IMG/VR virus record: IMGVR_UViG_3300037067_007801
Location: 1-64,000 of that record
DNA: 64,000 nucleotides
Direction: 5' to 3' (one strand)
DNA from: a virus
Taxonomy: Duplodnaviria > Caudoviricetes
Position numbers and translations under genes: made by a program. Below are positions 9,287 through 18,187 of the stretch, piece after piece. The notes beneath the pieces were generated by a model that saw only the letters and a program-made list of their open reading frames with translations, was not told the DNA's origin and did not search any database. Numbering within the stretch: position 1 is the stretch's first letter; each line of letters starts with the position of its first letter.

Positions 9287-9873
9287 CAACTCAACTGGTC
9301 AACGTAATCGGCAAGGTGAACAGCGGCCTGGCGACGAAGCGGGTGTGCTCGGCACTCGCCGACGACTACGGCGCGATGATCTCGTACGGGCCGACCTCTG
9401 GAACGGTGAAGGTGCTCGCCACAGCGCTCGACGCGATCGGCGTGCAGGACAAGGCCAAGTTTCTGGAGAACGTCTCGATCACTGTTGGCGACGTCATCTA
9501 CCTGCCATTCAAGGTGGGCGCAGCGGGCAAGTACCCGTGGCCGGCGCAAGTGGCCATCGTCGCGCACGAATGCGAGCACGTGGAGCAGGGACACGACGGC
9601 TGGATGGGATTCTGGCCTCGGTACTTTACCTCGAAAGCGCACAGGGCGGCCTACGAGGCGACTGCGCTGGCTGCCGAGCTCGAGGTCTACTACCGGCTCA
9701 CCGGGCGCATGCTGGACGTCGTAGGGCTCGCCAAGGGGCTAGAGTGGTACAAGGTCGGGAAGGCCGACATCGCGGTCACGGCGAAGCACCTGGCCATCGT
9801 GAAGAACACGCTCGAGCGTGGCGGCGAGGTGAGCGACCAGATGCGGGTGATCGTCAAGGCGCTGACAAACTGA
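9283..9873 (+). CDS. Zincin-like metallopeptidase
   Basis: VAHECEH (HExxH) with a downstream Glu (YEATA). Confidence 0.55.
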   Translation: MTTQLVNVIGKVNSGLATKRVCSALADDYGAMISYGPTSGTVKVLATALDAIGVQDKAKFLENVSITVGDVIYLPFKVGAAGKYPWPAQVAIVAHECEHVEQGHDGWMGFWPRYFTSKAHRAAYEATALAAELEVYYRLTGRMLDVVGLAKGLEWYKVGKADIAVTAKHLAIVKNTLERGGEVSDQMRVIVKALTN

Positions 9874-9963
9874 TTATGGAAATCGACTCGCGATACGAAA
9901 TCAGCACAACGTACGTATAGACGTTAGGCGACAACCGGACGACACGATGAACAGGAGAGCGAT

Positions 9964-10137
9964 ATGACCGAAGTGAAAGCAGATGACTGGCGAGTGGTCC
10001 TGGTGACCGTGGAGAACGCCAAGTGCCGGCTGTGCGGCGAGCTCGTGCCACGGGGCGAGCGGGCTTGGTACTTGAGCGGGCGCGGGCTCCAGTGCCTCGA
10101 GTGCCCGGGAGTGCCGACAGAGGAAGACCATGATTGA
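9964..10137 (+). CDS. Small zinc-finger protein, 57 aa, not in ORF track
   Basis: AGGAG RBS; CRLC...CLEC. Confidence 0.5.
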   Translation: MTEVKADDWRVVLVTVENAKCRLCGELVPRGERAWYLSGRGLQCLECPGVPTEEDHD

Positions 10138-10705
10138 GGTCAAGACGCTGTGCGCCGACCCTCCATGGAAGTTCGGGGACAAGTTGCCCGGCGATGCACG
10201 TGGAGCCGAGAAGAACTATGCCTGCATGGGCACGAGCGATCTCGAGGTGTACCTCGGGTCGTTGTTGGAGCCGATGACGTGCGAGGGTGGTCCGGCCGCG
10301 GCGCCGGACTGGACGCTCGCCACGGATTGTCGACTGTTCCTTTGGCGAGTCGCCTCGATGCAGGAAGAGGCGCTCCGGGTGATGCGCGCCTGGGGATTCG
10401 TGCCGAAGGCCGAGATCGTCTGGCTCAAGAAAACGACGACCGGCAAGCGGTGGTTCGGAATGGGTCGAACGGTTCGGATGGAGCACGAGGTCTGTCTAAT
10501 CGGCGTTCGCGGCCGGCCTGAAGTGCTGTCGAAATCGGTGCGCTCGACGTTCGAAGCAGGGTACACGCGGCATAGCGGCAAGCCCGACGAGTTCTTCAAG
10601 ATCGTGGAGTCGTTGAGTCCGGGGCCGTACTGCGAGTTGTTCAGCCGTGTGATTCGACCCGGATGGATCCAGGTCGGCAACGAGCTCGGGAAAGGTGAAG
10701 CATGA
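10130..10705 (+). CDS. MT-A70 family adenine methyltransferase
   Basis: ADPPW, LFLW, WGF...IVWLK, GMG..VR.EHE.CLIGVRG, HSGKP, ELFSR. Confidence 0.9.
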   Translation: MIEVKTLCADPPWKFGDKLPGDARGAEKNYACMGTSDLEVYLGSLLEPMTCEGGPAAAPDWTLATDCRLFLWRVASMQEEALRVMRAWGFVPKAEIVWLKKTTTGKRWFGMGRTVRMEHEVCLIGVRGRPEVLSKSVRSTFEAGYTRHSGKPDEFFKIVESLSPGPYCELFSRVIRPGWIQVGNELGKGEA

Positions 10706-10986
10706 CCTCGAAGATCGACTGGTGCGACGAGACGATCAACGTATTCACGGGCTGCCATGGAAACTGTTCGTGGTGCTATGCCCGGCGAATGGCCGCGAGA
10801 GTACCCAGCGTGATAGTATTCGACCATGACTCGAGAGGAAGACGAGACTCGGCCTGTCACGCTTCCACCTCGCCCTCGGTGCGCGAAGCCGAAGGAATCG
10901 GAGTGCGCATTCCGCGACGAGGAAGGCTTCTGTGGGAAGCGGATTACGACATGCCCTTGGATAGTGAGAGAGGAGCGAATCGATGA
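10702..10986 (+). pseudogene. Truncated DUF5131 (Gp37/Gp68-like) gene
   Basis: SKIDWCDETINVFTGC..NCSWCYARRMA N-terminus only; 94 aa. Confidence 0.6.
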
Positions 10987-11270
10987 CCATCGAGATTGAT
11001 GCCTTGATGTTCGCGTTCAACATGGCTTTGCTCGTCGTTGGCGTCGCAGCTGGCATTCTCCTCGGGTGGACCTTGTACGGACTACGCATCGAGAAGAAAG
11101 AGGCGCTGGAGAACCAGAAAGAAGACGAGCGCAGACGCGAGGCAGATGTTGTTGCGACAGATGCTTGGCTCTGGGCGTGCGAGAAGTTCCCGGAGAACAG
11201 GGACGCTCGGAGCGCAGCGTGTGAGGGATACAACGCCGGCGCTGAGAGGCGGAAGCCGAAGGAGGGTTGA
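10983..11270 (+). CDS. Small membrane protein
   Basis: N-terminal transmembrane segment then charged helix. Confidence 0.6.
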   Translation: MTIEIDALMFAFNMALLVVGVAAGILLGWTLYGLRIEKKEALENQKEDERRREADVVATDAWLWACEKFPENRDARSAACEGYNAGAERRKPKEG

Positions 11271-11271
11271 G

Positions 11272-11472
11272 ATGGACGGCATACGGTTCAACGACACCAG
11301 GTGTCTGCGGTCCACAGAAAAGGCGATTCAAGTCGAGTCGCACGAACTGGAGGAGTCGCCGACCTGGATCCCGCAATCCCAAGTCCATGAAGAGTCCGAG
11401 GTGTGGAAGGCTGGAGATGAAGGCGTTTTGATAGTGACGAGTTGGTACGCAGAGCAGAAGGGGTGGATATGA
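11272..11472 (+). CDS. Hypothetical protein
   Basis: GGAGG RBS; TEKAI...WIPQSQV. Confidence 0.6.
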   Translation: MDGIRFNDTRCLRSTEKAIQVESHELEESPTWIPQSQVHEESEVWKAGDEGVLIVTSWYAEQKGWI

Positions 11473-11945
11473 ACGACGATCTCAAGATTCTACCCGGTCA
11501 GGTGACGCAGTTGACGAATGAACTGTCTGGCAGTTGGACCAAGTGTTCTGTTTCAGGCGTTCGAACACGAGCGCTCATTCTACCTCCAACATCACCTGTT
11601 GTTCCCAGCGGGTCATGTCAGGTGTGTGGTGAACGTCCCGCGACAGAGGTTGTACACGGCTGCCCGGGCGCGATGACGTTTCAGTGTCGTCGCTGTATTC
11701 TGCGTTCCATGGTGTCGAGCGCACGCGAGGCCGCATCCAAGTTGCCCGATCTGGAAAGGGAACTTTCAGGACAAGACAATTCTTGCACCTGGAAGATTGA
11801 TGAGATGGGATTCGTTCTCGGTGAGTCCGGCTGCGGTGTACTAACTAGCGTGGGTGGTTCAGAATTCGGAACGCCTTTCAGATTCTGTCCCTACTGTGGG
11901 CGTCTCATTTTTCGCATACAACTCGCAGAGGAGGAAACCCGATGA
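11469..11945 (+). CDS. Zinc-finger hypothetical protein
   Basis: CQVC, CRRC, FCPYCG. Confidence 0.55.
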   Translation: MNDDLKILPGQVTQLTNELSGSWTKCSVSGVRTRALILPPTSPVVPSGSCQVCGERPATEVVHGCPGAMTFQCRRCILRSMVSSAREAASKLPDLERELSGQDNSCTWKIDEMGFVLGESGCGVLTSVGGSEFGTPFRFCPYCGRLIFRIQLAEEETR

Positions 11946-12313
11946 AACCGCGTCTCATCTACATCGCTGGGCCGTTCCGTTCTGACTCCAGGTGGCAAGA
12001 GGAGCAGAACATCCGAGCGGCTGAAGCGCTTGGATACGAGATCGCTCTTCTCGGTGCGTATCCAGTGATCCCGCACTCGAACACGCGCGGATATTTCTCG
12101 GACGCTCAACCGGGAGAGTTCTTCTTGGACGGCACTCTCGAGTTGATGCGCCGATGCGATGCAGTCATCTTCCTTCCGAACTGGCAAGACTCGACTGGCG
12201 CGATCGGTGAACACGATGAAGCGGAACGGCTTGGGCTGCCTGTGTTCGGTTGCGCCTCTGGAGATGGACTTCGAGGGCTTGCCATCTGGTTGCTGGCAAG
12301 AGGTGAAGCATGA
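11942..12313 (+). CDS. DUF4406 / nucleoside 2-deoxyribosyltransferase-like protein
   Basis: IYIAGPF...RRCDAVIFLPNWQDSTGAIGEHDEAERLGLPV. Confidence 0.75.
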   Translation: MKPRLIYIAGPFRSDSRWQEEQNIRAAEALGYEIALLGAYPVIPHSNTRGYFSDAQPGEFFLDGTLELMRRCDAVIFLPNWQDSTGAIGEHDEAERLGLPVFGCASGDGLRGLAIWLLARGEA

Positions 12314-12747
12314 AACTCTACGAAATCATCAACCCGTCCGACTGCGTGACCTTCCACGCTCCGAACGACGCGACCGCGGTTGCCGTTGTGCTGGCGATCG
12401 GCGAGGGCAGTTACGGAGCTCGTCGGTGTGAAGATGGCGCCGACGTTGGTGGACTTCTGCTGTTCGCGACTCACGACGTTGTCGAGTCGAGCCTGAAGTT
12501 CTGGATCGGATCCGACTTCGAGACTTGGGCCGACGCGCACAAGGCGGAGCTCGCCGAGGCGTTGCTCGACTGCGCCACGGTGAAGCCGGAAGCGCGGGAC
12601 GAGTACGAGAAGGCGTGCGCGCGGATTGACTCGCTTGAAGACCTGCTCGAGTACCGAGGACAGGTAGAGGACCGGAACCGTAGTAGCGCGAACGACATCG
12701 TTGGCCGGGCTTGGGTGCTCGGCAGGGCGCTGAGGAGGCAAGGATGA
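12310..12747 (+). CDS. Hypothetical protein
   Basis: Coupled ORF, GAGGTG RBS. Confidence 0.6.
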   Translation: MKLYEIINPSDCVTFHAPNDATAVAVVLAIGEGSYGARRCEDGADVGGLLLFATHDVVESSLKFWIGSDFETWADAHKAELAEALLDCATVKPEARDEYEKACARIDSLEDLLEYRGQVEDRNRSSANDIVGRAWVLGRALRRQG

Positions 12748-13091
12748 AGAAGAGAATGAATGCCGATGCTTGTTTGAAGAGACTCACAGACGAAGACAGA
12801 GAGATAACCGAAAAGTTCAGTTCCATCGTGCTGAAGGCACTCGATAAGTACGAGTTGGCGATGATCCGGGCTCGTGCACGGCTGTACACGAAGAACGACA
12901 TTTTCGGAGATATGCCATTCGGATTTCACCTCACAGACGATGGCAAACACATCGTTGCCGATAAGGGCGAACAGGAAGTTCTCGCCGTCGTTCGAAGGCT
13001 CATTGCTGACGGTCTTACAATTCGTCGCATTGTCGAGCGTCTCACCGCCGATGGGTTGACCATTCGTAGCAAGAAACGGAGTCAGGCGTGA
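12744..13091 (+). CDS. Stand-alone fragment resembling the serine recombinase C-terminal DNA-binding part
   Basis: MPFGFHL...EQEVLAVVRRL..DGLTIRRIVERLTADG; no catalytic Y.RVS motif. Confidence 0.5.
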   Translation: MKKRMNADACLKRLTDEDREITEKFSSIVLKALDKYELAMIRARARLYTKNDIFGDMPFGFHLTDDGKHIVADKGEQEVLAVVRRLIADGLTIRRIVERLTADGLTIRSKKRSQA

Positions 13092-13306
13092 GCGAACTCC
13101 GGAAGTTGATTCGACGTTTGCGCATGGAGGACCCGGAACGTTTCCGTCGAGCGCTTGGGTTTCTGAAGTCCGGCATGCTCAGCATCCTGAAGATGTCCGA
13201 ACTGGACGACACGGACAGGGAAACGATGGTGGCACTTCTGGAAGCAGAAAAGGCAGACCGACGAAATGCAGAAGAGAACGACAGCGTCCCGTGGAGGAAG
13301 GCATGA
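13088..13306 (+). CDS. Hypothetical protein
   Basis: Coupled ORF. Confidence 0.5.
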   Translation: MSELRKLIRRLRMEDPERFRRALGFLKSGMLSILKMSELDDTDRETMVALLEAEKADRRNAEENDSVPWRKA

Positions 13307-13551
13307 ACATCGCTCGCCGCTGTCCCTTCTGCAACGCGCCGATCACCGTGACCGACGTGACGGAGCCTGAACGCCGGGTCGCCGGCCTCGTCTACCTGAG
13401 AACCGACTGCCGACCGTGTGGAGCGAGGATAGAGGCCGCGGGGTTGGGTTTGGTTGGAGCCCTGAATCAACTGGACCACGCGATCGCCAAGCGGGTGGGG
13501 ACGGAGCCCGTGGAGTGGAAGATCGTGCCGAGAGGAGGGAGAGGAAGATGA
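13303..13551 (+). CDS. Zinc-ribbon hypothetical protein
   Basis: CPFC...CRPC. Confidence 0.5.
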   Translation: MNIARRCPFCNAPITVTDVTEPERRVAGLVYLRTDCRPCGARIEAAGLGLVGALNQLDHAIAKRVGTEPVEWKIVPRGGRGR

Positions 13552-13742
13552 CAACGGCGATAACCATGTTCAACACAGGGTTTAACTGTCCATGGTGTGG
13601 AGAGCATCAGGTGGTAAATATTCCGATACAGACACCAATAGATGTGACTCTCGGATGCGCTTGTGGCCACGTGTACAGGGTAACGGCGAAGCAAAACACG
13701 GTTGGCGTTGGGTGGACAGTAGAAGAGGTGGGGCAACCATGA
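13548..13742 (+). CDS. Zinc-ribbon hypothetical protein
   Basis: CPWC...CACG. Confidence 0.5.
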   Translation: MTTAITMFNTGFNCPWCGEHQVVNIPIQTPIDVTLGCACGHVYRVTAKQNTVGVGWTVEEVGQP

Positions 13743-14065
13743 AAGCGAACCCGAAGGGCCTAAACACGAGCCGACGTAGATTCCAGCGCGCGATGAACAC
13801 GCGGCGGGTCAGCCGTATCGTTGAGCGCGAGATCCGGTTTTTGGCCAACACCGAATTCAAGTCCGAGGATGACGCCATCCTGATGTTCTTCCGGCCGCGG
13901 TGGTGGCTCCGAGCGTTGGGGCTTGGCAGGTGGGCGGAACGCAGGGCGCGGGAGCGGGCGTTGCGCATCTTGGCCAGGAGCAAGGAAGGTTGTTCCTTTC
14001 AACGACTGGTTTCGAGACGGGCGCTCATCTCATGGCCGGACACGAGAACAGGAGAACGAACATGA
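13739..14065 (+). CDS. Basic hypothetical protein
   Basis: Coupled ORF. Confidence 0.4.
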   Translation: MKANPKGLNTSRRRFQRAMNTRRVSRIVEREIRFLANTEFKSEDDAILMFFRPRWWLRALGLGRWAERRARERALRILARSKEGCSFQRLVSRRALISWPDTRTGERT

Positions 14066-14595
14066 TGGACATTCAACTACAGCGATTCACGTGCCAGCGA
14101 TGCGGAGAGGTGTTTGACGCCGAGACGGTGATGGCTGCACCAATCGCCGTGATGCTCGCTTCACTTCAAGCCGTGACCTGTCCGAAGTGCCACGCGGGAT
14201 ACAAGGAGGTCGGGCTTGGAGGCGAGAAGTCCGGAGTCCCCGTGCTTGAAGTACCGATCGCAAAGCGAGCGGCTTGGTGGTGGGACCACGGGGAGCGCGG
14301 AACCAGCAGCGAGACGATCTTCTGTGCCTGTGCCGGCCGCGGTCTGCATCGGGCCGACTACCCGTACGACCCCGACGACTATCGAAGGTGCCATCGGCTG
14401 CTCGAGATCGTGCCTGAATGGAGGGGAGAGCTCGCCCGGGTGACGGAGCGTTGGCCGTGGTTCGCGCCGTTCGAGCGGAGGTGGCCGGAGTTCGAGAAGT
14501 TGTGGAATGAGGAGAGCAAGAATCCTGGTGGCAGGGCGCCGAAGCTGTACGAGGCGTTGCAGGAGGCACGGGTTGAGGCGGAGGCACTTCGATGA
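14062..14595 (+). CDS. Hypothetical protein with N-terminal zinc ribbon
   Basis: CQRC...CPKC; GTSSETI...YPYDPDDYRRCHRLL. Confidence 0.6.
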   Translation: MMDIQLQRFTCQRCGEVFDAETVMAAPIAVMLASLQAVTCPKCHAGYKEVGLGGEKSGVPVLEVPIAKRAAWWWDHGERGTSSETIFCACAGRGLHRADYPYDPDDYRRCHRLLEIVPEWRGELARVTERWPWFAPFERRWPEFEKLWNEESKNPGGRAPKLYEALQEARVEAEALR

Positions 14596-14936
14596 ACGAC
14601 AGTCACCCAGAAGGATCCGTTCTCGCCCAGGCTCAAGAGCACCACCGAACGCACGGCGGGTCCGGTTTGAAGATCCTCGGACCCTGCCCTGTCTGCGGCT
14701 CGAGCTTGAAGTACATGGCCCGGCATCCGGATTTCGGCTTCATCGTCTGGTGTGATCGGGTTGGGTGTCTGGTAGCGAGAGGACCGAGTGCTCCGGAGTT
14801 ACCGGACACGACGACCCGGGAAGGGTATGAGGCCGCGGTGCGCGCGGCCGGCGGGAGTCTCGTGGAGAATCCAGATGGCACCGTATCCGTGCACCAGCCA
14901 CGATTCGGGACGCTCGGAAACCAACTGCCGAAGTAG
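14592..14936 (+). CDS. Hypothetical protein (last of the left operon)
   Basis: Coupled ORF, CPVC. Confidence 0.5.
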   Translation: MNDSHPEGSVLAQAQEHHRTHGGSGLKILGPCPVCGSSLKYMARHPDFGFIVWCDRVGCLVARGPSAPELPDTTTREGYEAAVRAAGGSLVENPDGTVSVHQPRFGTLGNQLPK

Positions 14937-15007
14937 CCAGCCGATCACCTCACACTCAATGATTGCGGTACGTTGAGCCCTGACATTGAACGCCAGCCGA
15001 TCACCTC
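14936..15007. repeat. 16-bp direct repeat pair GCCAGCCGATCACCTC
   Basis: Exact copies at 14936-14951 and 14992-15007. Confidence 0.85.
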
Positions 15008-15339
15008 CTGACTAGACAGCTGGCGCTCGACCGCGCCTCGCCATCGAAGATCAGCCGCTCGAGCTCGGCCCGCGGCTCGTTTGGGTCCTGCTTGAAGACC
15101 ATCGTCCATGCTTCCCCCTCATGCTTGAGACTCCAGTACACCGTGTCGCCCGTCCGGAGGAGAACGCCGGTCCGCGGGCGCGGGCACCCGATCTCCTCTC
15201 CCGGGTGACGCTCCCGTTCCTCTCCAGCGGCCCGCGGGGAACGATGACGGACACCGAACACCGATCGCCTTGGCCCGCCTCGGGTTTCTTGGGCCGTCCT
15301 CGGCCCGCTTGAAGACCCGTATCTGAATCCCCTCCCCAT
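15001..15339 (-). CDS. Possible minus-strand hypothetical protein
   Basis: GGGAG before ATG at 15339; in frame with track ORF 15001-15669. Confidence 0.3.
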   Translation of the reverse strand: MGRGFRYGSSSGPRTAQETRGGPRRSVFGVRHRSPRAAGEERERHPGEEIGCPRPRTGVLLRTGDTVYWSLKHEGEAWTMVFKQDPNEPRAELERLIFDGEARSSASCLVRR

Positions 15340-15483
15340 CCTACTCCCTACCCTGCACCCAACCGAGACGTCGGGCGCTAGCCCGAGGGGCCGCGGGTGA
15401 ACCGTGGGCACCCGATCCCGAGACCTCATGACCCGTCTTCCACCTCCATCGAGAGCAGCCCAGAAACCCGCATGACCACTGAA

Positions 15484-15523
15484 TGGCACAACCATTTGGC
15501 ACAACCTGGCACAACTGGCACAA
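15484..15523. repeat. Four direct TGGCACAA repeats upstream of the recombinase
   Basis: Copies at 15484, 15497, 15507, 15516. Confidence 0.9.
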
Positions 15524-15678
15524 ATTCGGTCAGATATGACCCATGTTAGTGAGGGGCGGCCACACTTTTCAGGAGCTAAAGGGCGAGAGGGAAGGGCACC
15601 CCGTGCCTCGGCCGGCCTCGGGCATGTGAGCTCGGGCTCAGTTGTGGTCACTCGATTACTAATTCGCACCTATTGGTA

Positions 15679-15705
15679 TTGACACCGGACCTCGCCATGT
15701 ATAAT
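15679..15705 (+). promoter_or_regulatory. sigma70-like promoter with short spacer
   Basis: Perfect TTGACA and TATAAT separated by 15 bp. Confidence 0.55.
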
Positions 15706-15739
15706 CATTGGGTTAGTAGCGGAAACAGCGAGAGGAGAG

Positions 15740-16420
15740 ATGGCGATGAAAATCAGGATTCATGCCCTAGCCTACCTGCGTGTCAGCACGCCCGGGCAGG
15801 TTGATGGTGGCGGCCTACCGCGCCAGCGTGAGGCCATCGAGCGGTACGCGACCAGGGAGGGTTACGAGCTCGTCGGAGAGTACGTGGACGATGGGGTGAG
15901 CGGGACGCGGGAGTTCGACGATCGACCGGGGCTGGCCTCCCTCCTGGCCCACGTCGCGACGAACGGCGTGCGCGTTGTAATCGTTGAGAGTTCTGACCGA
16001 TTGGCCCGTGACATGATGGTGTCCGAACTCATCCTAGCCGAGTGCCGGCGGCTCGACGTGCGCGTGCTCGACTCGACTGGCAACGACCTCGCTGACGCAG
16101 CCGACCCTACCCGTGTGCTCATCCGCCAAGTGCTCTCAGCCGTTGCACAATTTGACAAGTCGACGATCTGCGCGAAGATGCGCGCCGGCATCAACCGGGT
16201 GCGACGCGAGACGGGCCGCTGCGAGGGACGCAAGCCCTACGGCCACTACCCGGGCGAGGCCGCCGTGCTGGCCCGAGCCCGTGCCCTCCTAGCCTCCCAC
16301 GTGGCCGGCAAGCGCCCTCACTACGCCACGGTGGCCAGGGAGCTCAACGCCGAGGGCTTGGCGACCAGGACGGGCGTGCCGTGGTCCGCGGCGATGGTGA
16401 GGCGCGTGCTGACCAGATAG
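15740..16420 (+). CDS. Serine recombinase (resolvase catalytic domain plus short C-terminal DNA-binding region)
   Basis: AYLRVST..Q, DRPGL, ESSDRLARD, GRKPYG, VARELNAEGLATRTG..W. Confidence 0.9.
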   Translation: MAMKIRIHALAYLRVSTPGQVDGGGLPRQREAIERYATREGYELVGEYVDDGVSGTREFDDRPGLASLLAHVATNGVRVVIVESSDRLARDMMVSELILAECRRLDVRVLDSTGNDLADAADPTRVLIRQVLSAVAQFDKSTICAKMRAGINRVRRETGRCEGRKPYGHYPGEAAVLARARALLASHVAGKRPHYATVARELNAEGLATRTGVPWSAAMVRRVLTR

Positions 16421-16814
16421 CGCGATCGAAGGCCACCCCCTGCGTGTGCGCTTCCACCTACTTTGTGTGCTCCGGTACCAACATCTTGCCGCGGGTGTTT
16501 CGGTCATAGCGGAGTCGCCGGTCGTCGAAAAAAAAAACAAAAAATGGGTGCATAGCCAGTTTTCGGCCCAATTCAGAAAAACAATATTCTGTTTAGTTGA
16601 TGGTCTCGAGCACTCAAGACAAACAATGTGGTGGGGCTTCTACATTTGACCGAACGGAGTGTCGAAAAACCTCGATCGAGTATTGAAGGAAGTTCGGTTT
16701 AGGTTTTACAATTATGGCTTGCTGTTTCAGATGACTTGTGGTAGACATCGGTGCGAGCCAGTACAAGGGTTTTGATAACCGACAGCCTATGAACAGCAGA
16801 AAGCGAGTGTTTTG

Positions 16815-17633
16815 ATGTCTGAGCAGATTAAACTGAACCGTTGTGGAGTCTCGCTCGACGAACTAGAGCGCGCGGCGGTGCTGTGCTTACAGACGTTCGC
16901 GCCGGAGAACGGTGTCCCGTACTACGGCTGTTTCAGCGGTGGCAAAGACTCGGTCGTCATCAAGGAAATCGCGCGGCGGTCGGGTGTCTCCGTGGACTGG
17001 CATTATAATGTCACCACGATAGACCAGCCGGAGTTGTGCAAGTTCATCAAGCGCGAGCATCCGGATGTTACGTGGGAGCACTCGAAGCACGGGAACTTTT
17101 TCAAGCGGATATTGACGAACGGATTTCCGACTCGTCGGCGACGGTGGTGCTGTGAAGAATACAAGGAAACGCAGACGCCGGTTGGGCGTCGGATGATATT
17201 TGGAATCCGCGCCGCAGAATCTCCGCGTCGTCGCAACGCCTGGAAGCAAGTCACGGCGCACAAGCGGACGGGCGAGTGGGTGATCAACCCGATCATTTCT
17301 TGGACCGACGACGACGTGTGGTCGTACATCCGAAGCCGCGAGATCCCATACTGTTCACTTTACGACGAAGGGTTCAAGCGCCTCGGGTGCGTTGGATGTC
17401 CGATGTCAACTCGACGCCGTGCCGACTTCGCGCGCTGGCCGCGGTTCGAACGACTATGGCGGAAAGCGTTCCGGCTTCTGTGGGAGAAGCGCACGGGGAA
17501 ACTTCAGCGAGGCGGGGTCGAGTGGTTCGGGGATGCGAAGTTCGACTCGTGGGAAGAGATGTTCGAATGGTGGATTTCAAACGACCCGTTGCCGACCGAC
17601 GACGACGAGTGCGATGGGCTGCCGCTGGTTTGA
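16815..17633 (+). CDS. PAPS reductase family (adenine nucleotide alpha hydrolase) protein
   Basis: FSGGKDS PP-loop, RWCCEEYK, GIRAAESPRR, NPIISW, RLGCVGCPM. Confidence 0.88.
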   Translation: MSEQIKLNRCGVSLDELERAAVLCLQTFAPENGVPYYGCFSGGKDSVVIKEIARRSGVSVDWHYNVTTIDQPELCKFIKREHPDVTWEHSKHGNFFKRILTNGFPTRRRRWCCEEYKETQTPVGRRMIFGIRAAESPRRRNAWKQVTAHKRTGEWVINPIISWTDDDVWSYIRSREIPYCSLYDEGFKRLGCVGCPMSTRRRADFARWPRFERLWRKAFRLLWEKRTGKLQRGGVEWFGDAKFDSWEEMFEWWISNDPLPTDDDECDGLPLV

Positions 17634-17662
17634 TGTACGTGTATTTCAACAGAGGAGAGAAA

Positions 17663-18187
17663 ATGGACAGTGGAGAAAAGAGCGAGCCAGAGGGACGGCC
17701 ATTGGAGTACTTGGTCGAGCGGGTGAAACAACTCACGGGGGAGTTGATGACGCTCCAAGAGAAGGCGATAGGGAAGGGGAAGCGGAGCAAGTCGAAGGCG
17801 CGGGCCCTGGCTCGGAAGGGAGAGGAGTGGGCGGTTCTCATTGCGATTCGTAGCAGGCTCGTAAGGGTCCACGAGCGGGGAGGGTTTGAAGGGAGCTGCC
17901 TCACGACGAACGACCTGCTCGAAATCCACCGAGAACAAGGTGGGTTGTGCCGGTACACGAATCTACCGTACGATTTCGGTTCCGGTGGGCCGCTCAATGT
18001 GTGCGTGGACCGGCTGGACCCGGGCCAAGGTTGGACCCGGGAGAACGTGGTGCTCTGCGCACTGTTCGCCGCGGTGGCGCGGAACGGGTGGCCGATGTTC
18101 CTGGTCGTGCCCTTGTGGCGGTTTCTGCCGACGCGGTGGGAGGACATTCCAAAACGGAACACAGTAAATGGAGGGACCGTTGAATGA
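17663..18187 (+). CDS. His-Me-finger/HNH-like endonuclease-related protein
   Basis: GLCRYTNLP...VDRLDPGQGWTRENVVLC. Confidence 0.55.
   Translation: MDSGEKSEPEGRPLEYLVERVKQLTGELMTLQEKAIGKGKRSKSKARALARKGEEWAVLIAIRSRLVRVHERGGFEGSCLTTNDLLEIHREQGGLCRYTNLPYDFGSGGPLNVCVDRLDPGQGWTRENVVLCALFAAVARNGWPMFLVVPLWRFLPTRWEDIPKRNTVNGGTVE

Noticed and set aside
14936-15007. Mini-CRISPR
   Set aside because: Only two 16-bp copies, too short, not palindromic, no cas genes.
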